Counted from the stretch's first letter, positions 26,322-35,959 are shown. The stretch: DNA of 53,987 nt from a virus (IMGVR_UViG_3300046009_004608:1-53987); one strand, 5' to 3'. Translations and numbers: made by a program. Notes: generated from the letters alone by a model not told the origin.

Positions 26322-27280
26322 TGGTTCTCTGCTCGATCTCCACCCGTGGCCGCTATCACACCACGCTGCCTTTAGCGATTCAGGGGGTTTTGAGCCAAAC
26401 CCGGCCGGTCGATAGGCTGGTCATATTCGATGACAACGATGAGCCAAAGGATGTCCGAGAGGATTCGACCTATTTGGCGCTTTTGACCATGCTAGACCGC
26501 AAGGGCATCGCTTGGGAGTGGGTTTTTGCAGGTAAGAAGGGGCAGCACTATAACCATCAGGTGGCCAATACGATGGGCTATGAGTGGGTCTGGCGGGTGG
26601 ATGACGATGCCATCCCAGAGCCACATACCCTTGAGATCCTTCTGTCCTACGCCGATCAAGGGGTGGGAGCGGTCGGCGGGGCAATCCTAATCCCCGGAAA
26701 GCAGTTCGATACCTCAAAGTCCACCGGCAAGATTGAGAACATCGACTTTGAACCAAACCTTCAGTGGGCCGAGCTATCAAAGGCTACAGAAGTTGATCAC
26801 CTGCACTGCTCATTTTTATACCGGGCTGGGGTGGTGGACTATAACCTCGGGCTTTCAAGAGTGGCCCACCGGGAAGAGACTTTGTTTACCTACGGTTTAA
26901 GGAAAAAGGGCTACAAGATTCTTGCCGTGCCGAATGCGGTGACTTGGCATCTAAAGTCTGAAGGGGGTATCCGGATGGAAAAGAACCCCGGACTTTATGC
27001 CCACGATGAGAAGATTTTCCAAAACTTCATAAAGCACAAAGACGACACCATAGTGGTGCTAAACGGGGGTATGGGAGATCATATTGTCTTCACCCATGTG
27101 CTGCCGGACGTTAAAAATCCGATTGTATTTGGGTGCTATCCCGAGGTTTTGCCGTGTGAGTCGATTGCCAAGGCAAAAGAAATGTTCGGGGATATTGAAC
27201 CGTACAGTATTTATAAAAAGATGAACCAGTGGGGATGGAAAGATAGTTTAGAGAACGCTTATCGCAAACTGTACCTATGA
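26321..27280 (+). CDS. GT2-like glycosyltransferase with a C-terminal GT9-like N-half
   Basis: VLSQTRPVDRLVIFDD, WRVDDD, HREET; the C-terminus has VVLNGGMGDHIVF (GT9 GxGD motif). Confidence 0.82.
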   Translation: MVLCSISTRGRYHTTLPLAIQGVLSQTRPVDRLVIFDDNDEPKDVREDSTYLALLTMLDRKGIAWEWVFAGKKGQHYNHQVANTMGYEWVWRVDDDAIPEPHTLEILLSYADQGVGAVGGAILIPGKQFDTSKSTGKIENIDFEPNLQWAELSKATEVDHLHCSFLYRAGVVDYNLGLSRVAHREETLFTYGLRKKGYKILAVPNAVTWHLKSEGGIRMEKNPGLYAHDEKIFQNFIKHKDDTIVVLNGGMGDHIVFTHVLPDVKNPIVFGCYPEVLPCESIAKAKEMFGDIEPYSIYKKMNQWGWKDSLENAYRKLYL

Positions 27281-27720
27281 TTTTAATAGCGCCATATGCA
27301 AAAAAGCTAAGGAACGGAAAGCGAAACCCAAAGGACTATCCGTACTGGGAAGAGTTAATAAGAATGATTGATGAGCCGATCATTCAGGTGGGAATAGAAG
27401 GCGAAGAGCAGTTAGTTGAGGATTTTAGGAAAAACTTAAAGATTTCAGAATTAAGGGGTCTGATTAGACAGTGCAGGACATGGATAGGATGCGACAGCTT
27501 TTTCCAACATCTGGCTTGGGACGAAAAGAAGCCGGGAATTGTGCTTTGGTCGGTTTCAGATCCGCTGATATTCGGGCATCCGGAGAACATCAACCTGCTC
27601 AAGGATCGGTCTTACTTGGCTCCAAACCAGTTTCTTTGGTGGGAGATGGTCGAACACAAATTGGAACGGTTCGTTGAGCCGGAAGTTGTTTTAGAACATT
27701 TACTTGAGGTTGTCACTTAA
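27277..27720 (+). CDS. GT9 (heptosyltransferase-like) C-terminal Rossmann domain
   Basis: KDYPYWEELI...IIQVG...WIGCDSFFQHLA...KPGIVLWSVSDPLIFGHPEN. Confidence 0.82.
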   Translation: MILIAPYAKKLRNGKRNPKDYPYWEELIRMIDEPIIQVGIEGEEQLVEDFRKNLKISELRGLIRQCRTWIGCDSFFQHLAWDEKKPGIVLWSVSDPLIFGHPENINLLKDRSYLAPNQFLWWEMVEHKLERFVEPEVVLEHLLEVVT

Positions 27721-27732
27721 AGAGGTAAAACT

Positions 27733-28050
27733 ATGCCACAAGCAGGATATACGCCAATTCGGCTTTATTACAGCACCACCGGAGCAGCGGTTCCATTGGC
27801 CGCAAATATGCAGGCTGGAGAGCTTGCATTAAATATCGCTGATAACGATATGTCGATGTATACGGAAAACGCTACAGGAACTGTAAAGTTGTTTTTCAAC
27901 AATCCCGCGGCGCTCAAATACCCAACTGCGGATGGAACCAGCGGCCAAGCAATTGTCAGTAATGGGGCTGGAGTTCTTTCTTTCTCAACCATAACCAGCG
28001 GTGTATCAAAAGGGCAATCCATCGCATTCGCCCTTATCTTTGGACTATAA
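27733..28050 (+). CDS. Short fibre/adaptor with Mtd_N-like N-terminus
   Basis: PIRLYYSTT..AVP.AANMQAGELALNIAD; YPTADGTSGQAIVSNGAGVLSF shaft motif. Confidence 0.65.
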   Translation: MPQAGYTPIRLYYSTTGAAVPLAANMQAGELALNIADNDMSMYTENATGTVKLFFNNPAALKYPTADGTSGQAIVSNGAGVLSFSTITSGVSKGQSIAFALIFGL

Positions 28051-28060
28051 GGAGTAAATC

Positions 28061-28438
28061 GTGGCAAACCCAAATATTGTTAACGTCGCGGCGATATACG
28101 GAAACAATTCCAGTACATCGCTTTCTACCACTAACGCAACGGCAATCGTCAACAACCCGGCATCTAGCGGTAAGGTGTTCAAAGTCAACATGATTACCGT
28201 GGCTAACGTGGACGGAACTAGTGCTGCCGACATTACGATTAGCAAGTACAGCCAAGATGATATTGGCGGAACCGCTTATCAGATTGTCTCAACCGTATCG
28301 GTTCCTGCTGACGCTACTCTGATTGTGCTGGATAAGACAACGGCGCTGTATCTGAAAGAAGACGAGTCCATCGGTGCTACGGCGGGTACGGCCAGCGACC
28401 TTGTGGTGACTGCAAGCTGGGAGGAGATAAACGCTTAG
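28061..28438 (+). CDS. Conserved small virion protein
   Basis: MANPNIVNV...VFKVN.I.VANVDG...VPADATLIVLDK..LYL.E...SWEEI; TAAGGAG RBS, GTG start. Confidence 0.8.
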   Translation: MANPNIVNVAAIYGNNSSTSLSTTNATAIVNNPASSGKVFKVNMITVANVDGTSAADITISKYSQDDIGGTAYQIVSTVSVPADATLIVLDKTTALYLKEDESIGATAGTASDLVVTASWEEINA

Positions 28439-28466
28439 GTCAGCCACTAATTAAAAAGGACTCATT

Positions 28467-29699
28467 ATGAGTTTCCGTTATCCAAAGGGCGGGTTTATAA
28501 CTGCCTTTTATGATCCGCTACAGGTGCCAAATGCGCCGACCATTGGGACTGCTACTGCCGGAGATACGCAGTTATCGGTGACCTTTACTGCGCCAGCAAA
28601 TGTTGGCGGAAGTGCAATTACAGGTTACGGAGCCGTTGCTGTTGATAGTTCTGGAAATTCAATTAGCGGAACAGGGTCATCATCGCCAATTACAGTTACT
28701 GGACTGAGCAATGGAACGGCATACACCGCCAAGGTGTGGGCAATCAATAGCTACGGCCCAAGTCCTTATAGTGCAGCGAGTGGAAGCGTGACTCCGGCAT
28801 TTCAGCGAGCAGTATTTGGCGGGGGTTATGACACTAATGGAGTAACTAATGTTATTTCCTATATCAACATGGCATCAACCTCTGGAAATTCAATTGATTT
28901 TGGTGATTTAACCGTAGCTAGAAATGGACTTAGCGCAACATCATCGTCAAGCAGGGGAGTGTTTGGTGCCGGATTAAATAGTGGAAATACAAAACAAAAT
29001 GTGTTGGATTACATAACTCTTGCATCGATTGGAAATGCAATTGACTTTGGAGATTTAACTGTCGCTGTTAGCTATAACGCAGGTTGCGGGTCAAGCACAA
29101 GAGGTTTGTACGGAGGCGGTCAAAATACTTCAAATATTCCAGTGACTACTATTGGATACATAACAATAGCAACAACTGGTGATGCAACATCCTTTGGGGC
29201 GTTAACATTAGATCGGTACCAGCTAGGAGCTTGTTCATCAAGCACTAGGGGTGTTTGGGCGGGTGGATATAATAATGATGGCGGTGGTGCAAGACATAAT
29301 GTTATTGATTATGTAACGATTGCCTCCACTGGCAATGCTACTGATTTTGGAGATTTGCCAACGACAACAAATGCTTTGGGTGGGTGTTCATCTGCCACAA
29401 GGGGATTATTTGCCGGTGGGTCTACCGATAGCGGAGACACTAATGTCATCAATTACATTACCATTGCTTCAGCAGGAAATGCTAGTGATTTTGGGGACTT
29501 AATAAATCAACCATACAATTTTGCCGCTACATCATCTTCAACCAAAGGATTTTTTGCTGGCGGTTATTTTGGCGGAGAAACAAACGTAATTCAGTATGTC
29601 ACCATAGCGTCAACTGGAAACGCCATAGACTTTGGTGATCTTACGGCCGCAACAAATGGAATAGCTGGCTGCTCATCTGACCACGGAGGACTTCAATAA
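28467..29699 (+). CDS. FN3 domain plus six-bladed Kelch-like beta-propeller
   Basis: PNAPTIGTATAG...ITVTGLSNGTAYT..VWAINSYG (FN3); six ~49-aa repeats RGxFGGG...NVIDYxTIAS.GNA.DFGDL. Confidence 0.8.
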   Translation: MSFRYPKGGFITAFYDPLQVPNAPTIGTATAGDTQLSVTFTAPANVGGSAITGYGAVAVDSSGNSISGTGSSSPITVTGLSNGTAYTAKVWAINSYGPSPYSAASGSVTPAFQRAVFGGGYDTNGVTNVISYINMASTSGNSIDFGDLTVARNGLSATSSSSRGVFGAGLNSGNTKQNVLDYITLASIGNAIDFGDLTVAVSYNAGCGSSTRGLYGGGQNTSNIPVTTIGYITIATTGDATSFGALTLDRYQLGACSSSTRGVWAGGYNNDGGGARHNVIDYVTIASTGNATDFGDLPTTTNALGGCSSATRGLFAGGSTDSGDTNVINYITIASAGNASDFGDLINQPYNFAATSSSTKGFFAGGYFGGETNVIQYVTIASTGNAIDFGDLTAATNGIAGCSSDHGGLQ

Positions 29700-31546
29700 T
29701 GCCATCGTATTCAGGCGTCTGGAACCTCCAGCCGGTCTACCAAGCGGTAGCTCAGGGGCTGTGGCCGTATAGCCCGACTAACGGCCCGATTGGGTTGTTT
29801 GGGGGTGGGTTTACTACTACTGGCACAAATACAATACAACAAATAATTATTGCATCCCTTGGCGACGCTACCGACTTTGGAGATTTAACTCAAGCAAGAT
29901 ATCAAGGTGCATCTTGTGCCAGTTCAACAAGGGGAATTTTTGGCGGTGGTACTGTAGCAGGAAGTTATGTTAATGTAATTGATTATGTCACCATCGCTTC
30001 AGCAGGTAATGCTAGTGATTTTGGAGACTTGGTTGGTGCATACGCATATTTATCAGCAACATCAAATTATGTAAGAGGCATTTTTTTTGCTGGATACGAT
30101 GGATCGCCAATAAATATAATTCAATACATTACCATAGCAAGCACAGGCAACACTTCTGATTTTGGAGATTTATCATTATCTTGTTATACAAATGCGGCTT
30201 GCTCATCAAGCACAAGGGCATTAACTGCGTTAGCTTATACAACAGGAAATGTAAACATAATTGAATATGTAACTATTGCATCATCAGGAAATTCAACTGA
30301 TTTTGGAGATTTAACAGTCTCAAGAAATTCTTTATCAGGATCAGCATCAGACACAAGAGGATTGTTTGCTGGCGGAAACACTGGTTCAGTCTCTAATGTA
30401 ATTGACTATGTGACTATTGCTTCGGTAGGCAACGCTACTGATTTTGGTGATTTAACATTAGCAAGGTATTACATAGGATCTTGTGCATCAGCAACAAGAT
30501 CTGTAATGGGTGGTGGGTATACAGGATCAGCAGGATCAAACGTAATTGATTATGTAACCATTGCATCGACCGGTAATTCAACCGATTTTGGTGATCTTCT
30601 TGCAGCAACAAGTATTTACAATGCCGCCTGCTCCAACGCCGCATCAGCCGTTCAACCCACACCAACCAGCGCAGAAATGGCGTTTATTGGTGGAGGTAGA
30701 TCGGCAAGTGGTACACAAACCGTAATTCAATATGTAAACATTGCTACAACAAGCGACGCTTATATGTTTGGTGATTTAACATCAGACCGTGGATTTACCG
30801 GAGCGTGTTCTAGTTCCACAAGAGGAGTATGGAGCGGTGGTTATACTGAAGGTGCAGCAATAAATTTAAATATTATTGACTACATCACCATGTCAACATT
30901 TGGCAAAGCTACCGATTTTGGTGATTTGTTAAGCGCAACACGATTTGTTGCCTCATGTAGTAGTAGTACGCGCGGATTAATTGGCGGTGGCTTTATTGCT
31001 GCCGCGACAAATGTAATTGCGTACATAACGATTGCATCAGTTGGTGATGCACTAGATTTTGGTGATTTAAGCCAAGCTAGACAAGGACTTGCTTCATGCT
31101 CATCAACTACTAGAGGAATTTTTGCGGGTGGATATTCCGGAGCAACAAACTTTAATATTATTGATTATGTAACTATTGCATCAATTGGTAACGCTACAGA
31201 TTTTGGAGACTTAAATGGAGTTAGACAAACTTGCGCTGGATGCTCATCGGCAACACGCGGTTTGATTGGCGGTGGGTCGGACAATGTTGGAAATATAAAT
31301 GTAATTGATTACATCACAATTGCATCGGCTGGAAATGCAACGGACTTTGGTGATTTAACTGTTGCAAGAACTCAAATTAGTTCTGCATCGTCAACAACAC
31401 GAGGTTTGTTTATGGGTGGAAACCCAAGCGGCAACGTAATTGACTATGTGACCATTGCTTCCGCTGGAAACGCTACTGATTTTGGAGATCTTTTATATAA
31501 CACCAATACGGCGTCTGCTACATCAAACTGCCACGGAGGACTATAA
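29699..31546 (+). CDS. Tandem double beta-propeller protein (12 repeats)
   Basis: 12 FGD(L) repeats in two sets of six joined by ACSNAASAVQPTPTSA; ends SNCHGGL. Confidence 0.82.
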   Translation: MPSYSGVWNLQPVYQAVAQGLWPYSPTNGPIGLFGGGFTTTGTNTIQQIIIASLGDATDFGDLTQARYQGASCASSTRGIFGGGTVAGSYVNVIDYVTIASAGNASDFGDLVGAYAYLSATSNYVRGIFFAGYDGSPINIIQYITIASTGNTSDFGDLSLSCYTNAACSSSTRALTALAYTTGNVNIIEYVTIASSGNSTDFGDLTVSRNSLSGSASDTRGLFAGGNTGSVSNVIDYVTIASVGNATDFGDLTLARYYIGSCASATRSVMGGGYTGSAGSNVIDYVTIASTGNSTDFGDLLAATSIYNAACSNAASAVQPTPTSAEMAFIGGGRSASGTQTVIQYVNIATTSDAYMFGDLTSDRGFTGACSSSTRGVWSGGYTEGAAINLNIIDYITMSTFGKATDFGDLLSATRFVASCSSSTRGLIGGGFIAAATNVIAYITIASVGDALDFGDLSQARQGLASCSSTTRGIFAGGYSGATNFNIIDYVTIASIGNATDFGDLNGVRQTCAGCSSATRGLIGGGSDNVGNINVIDYITIASAGNATDFGDLTVARTQISSASSTTRGLFMGGNPSGNVIDYVTIASAGNATDFGDLLYNTNTASATSNCHGGL

Positions 31547-33481
31547 ATGAGCAAAAAATGGCCCGGCGGTTTTATTAAGCCGATACCTCCGACACCGACC
31601 GGCCCGTATCAAGACGGGGGTGCAACAGGGGTTTGGACGCTTGATCAGATGTCCTATTGGCTAAAGCAGGGTCTGTGGCCGATTGCTGGAAACGTGGCGC
31701 CAATTGGGTTGTTTGGTGGGGGGTTTGATGTTGGTTCATCAAATGTTATTGATAGCGTTGTGATTGCCACAGCAGGGAATTCAACAGATTTTGGAGACCT
31801 AAGTTTATCTAGATATGGTTTGGCAGGTTGTGCGTCAAATGTTCGTGGAGTATTTGGCGGAGGTACAACTGGAAGTAGTTCGAACGTAATTGACTACGTC
31901 ACAATTGCAAGTGCTGGTAATGCCACAGATTTTGGTGATTTAAGTGTCGCTAGACACTATTTAGCGGGTTGTTCAAATTATGTTAGGGGAACATTTGGTG
32001 GAGGAACAACAAGTAATGCTGCCGCAAGCCTTAATGTAATTGATTATATTACGATTGCTTCTGCCGGTAATGCAACAGACTTTGGTGATTTAACTGCAGC
32101 TTTTCAGTACATTGCAAGTTGTGCTTCGTCTACTCGTGGCATATTTGGAGGCGGAACAAATACAAGTGGTACAGACGTAAATATTATTAATTACGTAACA
32201 ATAGCCTCTACTGGAAATGCAACAGACTTTGGTGATTTGACGTTAGCAAGATACGCACTAACATCATGTTCATCAGAAACTAGGGGGACTTTTGGTGGTG
32301 GTGGAACTGGTCCAAGTAATGTAATTGATTACATCACAATTGCTTCCGTAGGAAATGCTACAGATTTTGGAGATTTGTTGGGCAACAATAGATTTCTAGC
32401 AAGTTGTGCCTCAAATGTTCGCGGTCTGTTTGGGGGAGGCTATGACGGCAGTGTTTATCTTAACGTTATTCAATTTATAACAATTGCAAGCACTGGAAAC
32501 TCTACCGATTTTGGAGATTTAACTGGGGCAAGAGGTTATTTAGCAGCCTGCTCCAACGCCGCATCAGCCGTTCAACCCACGCCGACCAGCGCAGCTATGG
32601 CGTTTTTTGGTTCCGGTGAAACAAGCGAGGGAAGACAAACTGGAATTCAATATGTAAACATTGCAACTACTGGAAATGCTTATTTATTTGGTGATTTAAC
32701 TTTTGGAGCGGTTACACCTGCCGCCTGTTCGTCGTCAACTAGAGGTCTTTGGGCGGGTGGAGAATTAAGTGATGGAACTACAAATACAAATGCAATTGAG
32801 TTTGTAACATTTTCAACTTTTGGCAAAGCAACTGATTTTGGAGATTTGCTTGGTGGAGCAAGATTACAAGGGGCTTGTTCTAGCGAAACCCGTGGTGTCT
32901 GGGGTGGCGGTCAAAATGCATCAGCAGTTATACAAAATGTTATTGAATATGTAACTATTGCGTCTGCCGGAAATTCAACAGATTTTGGAGATTTAACCGT
33001 AACTAGACAAGGATTGGCTGGATGCGGGTCAACAACAAGAGGTTTATTTGGAGGTGGTGAACCAGCAAGTGGTTTATCTAATGTTGTGGATTACATAACC
33101 ATTGCGTCTGCTGGGAACGCCACGGATTTTGGTGATTTAACTGTTGCAAGACAAAGTTTGTCTTCATGCTCATCATCAACTAGAGGTTTGTGGTTTGGTG
33201 GAGAGTCTGCCGGATCTGTTAAAACAAACATCATTGACTATGTAACTATTGCGTCGGACGGGAATGCTACCGATTTTGGGGATATAACTACTGGAACAAT
33301 AAGATGTTCATCGGCGTCTTCGTCAACAATAGGACTGGTTGGCGGAGGAATTCAAGCATCAAGAACAAATGTTATAGAGTATGTAACTATTGCATCGACA
33401 GGAAATGCTACAGATTTTGGTGATTTGTCTGGGGCAATTTCTAGTGGAGCAGCTTGTTCCAATGCCCACGGTGGACTATAA
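31547..33481 (+). CDS. Tandem double beta-propeller protein (12 repeats), paralog of 29699
   Basis: Same architecture and linker; ends SNAHGGL. Confidence 0.82.
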   Translation: MSKKWPGGFIKPIPPTPTGPYQDGGATGVWTLDQMSYWLKQGLWPIAGNVAPIGLFGGGFDVGSSNVIDSVVIATAGNSTDFGDLSLSRYGLAGCASNVRGVFGGGTTGSSSNVIDYVTIASAGNATDFGDLSVARHYLAGCSNYVRGTFGGGTTSNAAASLNVIDYITIASAGNATDFGDLTAAFQYIASCASSTRGIFGGGTNTSGTDVNIINYVTIASTGNATDFGDLTLARYALTSCSSETRGTFGGGGTGPSNVIDYITIASVGNATDFGDLLGNNRFLASCASNVRGLFGGGYDGSVYLNVIQFITIASTGNSTDFGDLTGARGYLAACSNAASAVQPTPTSAAMAFFGSGETSEGRQTGIQYVNIATTGNAYLFGDLTFGAVTPAACSSSTRGLWAGGELSDGTTNTNAIEFVTFSTFGKATDFGDLLGGARLQGACSSETRGVWGGGQNASAVIQNVIEYVTIASAGNSTDFGDLTVTRQGLAGCGSTTRGLFGGGEPASGLSNVVDYITIASAGNATDFGDLTVARQSLSSCSSSTRGLWFGGESAGSVKTNIIDYVTIASDGNATDFGDITTGTIRCSSASSSTIGLVGGGIQASRTNVIEYVTIASTGNATDFGDLSGAISSGAACSNAHGGL

Positions 33482-33508
33482 GAATTAAACTAGAAAAGGA
33501 GAAGTGGA

Positions 33509-34363
33509 GTGTCAAACGATCTAATTATCCGAAATATGCAGACGGCTTTAGAAGTTAAAAAGCCAGAGTACAACCTGATGTTGAAAAACATCGACGAGCG
33601 GCTTCCTGCTGTTCAGAGGGATACCAGTAACTTCCACAAGTCCCATAGCCAGTTCATGCAGGTGACTTTGGATGTAACTGCCATCACCCCGATTAGATCC
33701 ATTAAGCACACCTTAGCTGAGATTGACCGCACCCGCTCGGCCCTGCAAGAGGCGTATATCAATATGCGCAAAAAGCAAGTGGAACTCAAGAAGAAGAAAG
33801 ATCAGCTTGAAAACCCCAAGGAGCCATTAGACGCCTTTGACAAAGAGCTGCTTGAGATTGAAATTCTTGAACTAGAGGGTCAGCTTGAAGGAACTCAGAA
33901 CCATGTCAACGGCGCCATTCGTAAGATGAACTTCATGGTCAACCAGCACAAACAACTGCTGGAAAAAGTTGGCAAGGACGAGATCTCTGAAGAAGACTAC
34001 GAGCGTGAGGAGTCCCGGTACCACATTATGACTTGCATGAAGCAGGCTCTGAACGCCGCCCGTAGCCGTAACGGCATGATTGATGAGGGAAACCTAATTT
34101 ACCTATTCGACCTTGGAATCAACGCAGCTCAGGCCCAAGCCGAAGTCTTTGCCTACCTAAACATGGAGAATCAACTGATCTCCAACGGACAGGCACCCAC
34201 TCATGAGATGACCATGCGCTGGCTTGAGGCTTGCGCTGATAAGTGGGAAAAAGACCCGGAGACCTTTGCCAAGCGTCGCGGCTTCTCAATCTTTGATCGT
34301 TCAAGCCTGACCAACTCACCCCTGCTAGAGCAGGCTCCTCCCCCGGAAGAGAAGGTGGCCTAA
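33509..34363 (+). CDS. Coiled-coil protein associated with the propeller cluster
   Basis: AAGGAG RBS, GTG start; long heptad region. Confidence 0.8.
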   Translation: MSNDLIIRNMQTALEVKKPEYNLMLKNIDERLPAVQRDTSNFHKSHSQFMQVTLDVTAITPIRSIKHTLAEIDRTRSALQEAYINMRKKQVELKKKKDQLENPKEPLDAFDKELLEIEILELEGQLEGTQNHVNGAIRKMNFMVNQHKQLLEKVGKDEISEEDYEREESRYHIMTCMKQALNAARSRNGMIDEGNLIYLFDLGINAAQAQAEVFAYLNMENQLISNGQAPTHEMTMRWLEACADKWEKDPETFAKRRGFSIFDRSSLTNSPLLEQAPPPEEKVA

Positions 34364-35104
34364 ATGCACCTAATGGTCGGGACACCGATGTACGGAGGGA
34401 TGTGCAACAGCGAATATGCACAGTCCATGATGGAGCTGCGGGAGTCGATGCAGAAGTACGACCACACGGTCACCTGCGTCTTCCTTGGCAATGAGTCGTT
34501 AGTCCAGCGGGCAAGGAATACCATCGCTTGGCACTTCCTGAACTCAGACGCCTCGCACCTACTCTTTATGGACGCAGATCAGAAGTTCCGTCCGGGAGAT
34601 GTAGCAAAGATGCTCAAGGCAGACAAGGACATCATCGGCGGGGCGGTTCCCATGAAGGGCATCAACTGGGATCGGGTACGGCAGGGGGCGGTATTAAACC
34701 ACCCAGACCTGTCGTTACTGACCGGCCACTTCAATGTGAACAAGCTAGACGGCCACGACATGGTTAAGCCAGACGAGCCGTTTCAGGTCAAGCACGTTGG
34801 CACTGGATTCATGCTGATTAAGCGCGAGGTCTTTGGCAAGCTCCAGCAACACGTTGACTACTACACCAACGGCGGGGCTACGATTCCTCCGGGTGAGAAG
34901 GTATACAACTTCTTTGATACCGGAGTGGTTGATCACGAGTTTCTGTCCGAGGACTATTGGTTCTGTAATAAGTACCGCGAAATTGGCGGTCAAGTTTGGG
35001 TTGCCCCGTGGTGTCAGGTGGGGCATTTTGGTTCTTATCTCTTTAGCGGGCAGTATGCCCAAGGAGCATTTCATGGCGCACCATTGCATAAAGTATCGTC
35101 TTAA
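34364..35104 (+). CDS. GT-A fold glycosyltransferase-like protein
   Basis: VGTPMYGG, NESLVQRARN, HLLFMDAD, GTGFMLIKREVF, LSEDYWFC, VGHFG. Confidence 0.85.
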   Translation: MHLMVGTPMYGGMCNSEYAQSMMELRESMQKYDHTVTCVFLGNESLVQRARNTIAWHFLNSDASHLLFMDADQKFRPGDVAKMLKADKDIIGGAVPMKGINWDRVRQGAVLNHPDLSLLTGHFNVNKLDGHDMVKPDEPFQVKHVGTGFMLIKREVFGKLQQHVDYYTNGGATIPPGEKVYNFFDTGVVDHEFLSEDYWFCNKYREIGGQVWVAPWCQVGHFGSYLFSGQYAQGAFHGAPLHKVSS

Positions 35105-35417
35105 CGCTGACGGCACTATTCCTTCTTTCCTCTGCCTGCACCCCGAAGGGGTAGGTGGGGTATTTGTCGTTGGAGACTCTTCAACACCTAGCCCCCGCGA
35201 CATGGTAATGATTGGCCTGTCTGAGGATGACAACACCGGGGATGCTGAAGTTATCGCTACTCAAGCTGATCTTCAGGCTTACCTAGCCAACGTCGGGGCT
35301 AACTGGACGCAGCCTGACCCGGCCAATCCTACTGACCCGGAAGCCACAATTCCTTTTGACCCTGCCGCCGCAGCCGCTTGGGTGTGGGGCCGCAAGAACG
35401 CACTGAATGGAGCTTAA
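35073..35417 (+). CDS. Hypothetical protein
   Basis: AAGGAG RBS, ATG 35073 (MAHHCIKYRL...). Confidence 0.75.
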   Translation: MAHHCIKYRLNADGTIPSFLCLHPEGVGGVFVVGDSSTPSPRDMVMIGLSEDDNTGDAEVIATQADLQAYLANVGANWTQPDPANPTDPEATIPFDPAAAAAWVWGRKNALNGA

Positions 35418-35419
35418 TC

Positions 35420-35683
35420 ATGGCTAAAGACTTTCCTGATCTGACAGGTGATGGCAAGGTAACCCAAGCCGATATTCTTAAAGGCAAGGGAGTCTTTAAA
35501 AAGGGCGGAAGCACTGACAAATGGATTCAAAAGGCAATTTCTAAGCCCGGGGCGCTGAAGAAACAACTAGGCGTTCCTGCCGATAAAAAAATTCCTGCCA
35601 AAACTCTGAATAAAGCCGCCAAGGCTCCGGGGAAGCTAGGTCAGCGGGCGCGATTGGCTAAAACACTACGAGGTTTTGATTGA
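35420..35683 (+). CDS. Basic bi-modular small protein (EF-hand/dockerin-like loop plus basic module)
   Basis: FPDLTGDGKVTQADIL, then FKKGG, then WIQKAISKPGAL...GQRARLAKTL. Confidence 0.75.
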   Translation: MAKDFPDLTGDGKVTQADILKGKGVFKKGGSTDKWIQKAISKPGALKKQLGVPADKKIPAKTLNKAAKAPGKLGQRARLAKTLRGFD

Positions 35684-35880
35684 TGGAGCAGTCTATAGAG
35701 ACCAAGTTGGCCGTCCATGAGGCGGTCTGTGCTACTCGATATGAGCAGATCTCTGCCTCATTAAGAGAGGGTGATCGTCGTATGAGCAAGATCGAATACT
35801 TGCTTTATGCGGTGATTATTGTTGTGCTTTTTGGTCCGGGTGTGGCAGCAGAGTTTTTTAAGAAGTTGATTGGAATGTGA
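35680..35880 (+). CDS. XhlA-like coiled-coil/TM protein (lysis region)
   Basis: HEAVCATRY...RMSKIE followed by TM YLLYAVIIVVLFG. Confidence 0.7.
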   Translation: MMEQSIETKLAVHEAVCATRYEQISASLREGDRRMSKIEYLLYAVIIVVLFGPGVAAEFFKKLIGM

Positions 35881-35881
35881 T

Positions 35882-35959
35882 GTGGGTTTTTGGGCATTTA
35901 CTTTTTTAGGAATTTTAATAATTTTGATTTCTATGTCCTTGTACCCATGGAGCTTCTAA
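35882..35959 (+). CDS. Possible 25-aa hydrophobic peptide
   Basis: GTG-start ORF (M)GFWAFTFLGILIILISMSLYPWSF* fills the intergenic gap exactly; RBS weak. Confidence 0.35.
   Translation: MGFWAFTFLGILIILISMSLYPWSF

Noticed and set aside
28467-33481. Diversity-generating retroelement acting on the propeller repeats
   Set aside because: No reverse transcriptase ORF and no TR/VR pair differing only at adenines; the repeats differ at all bases.
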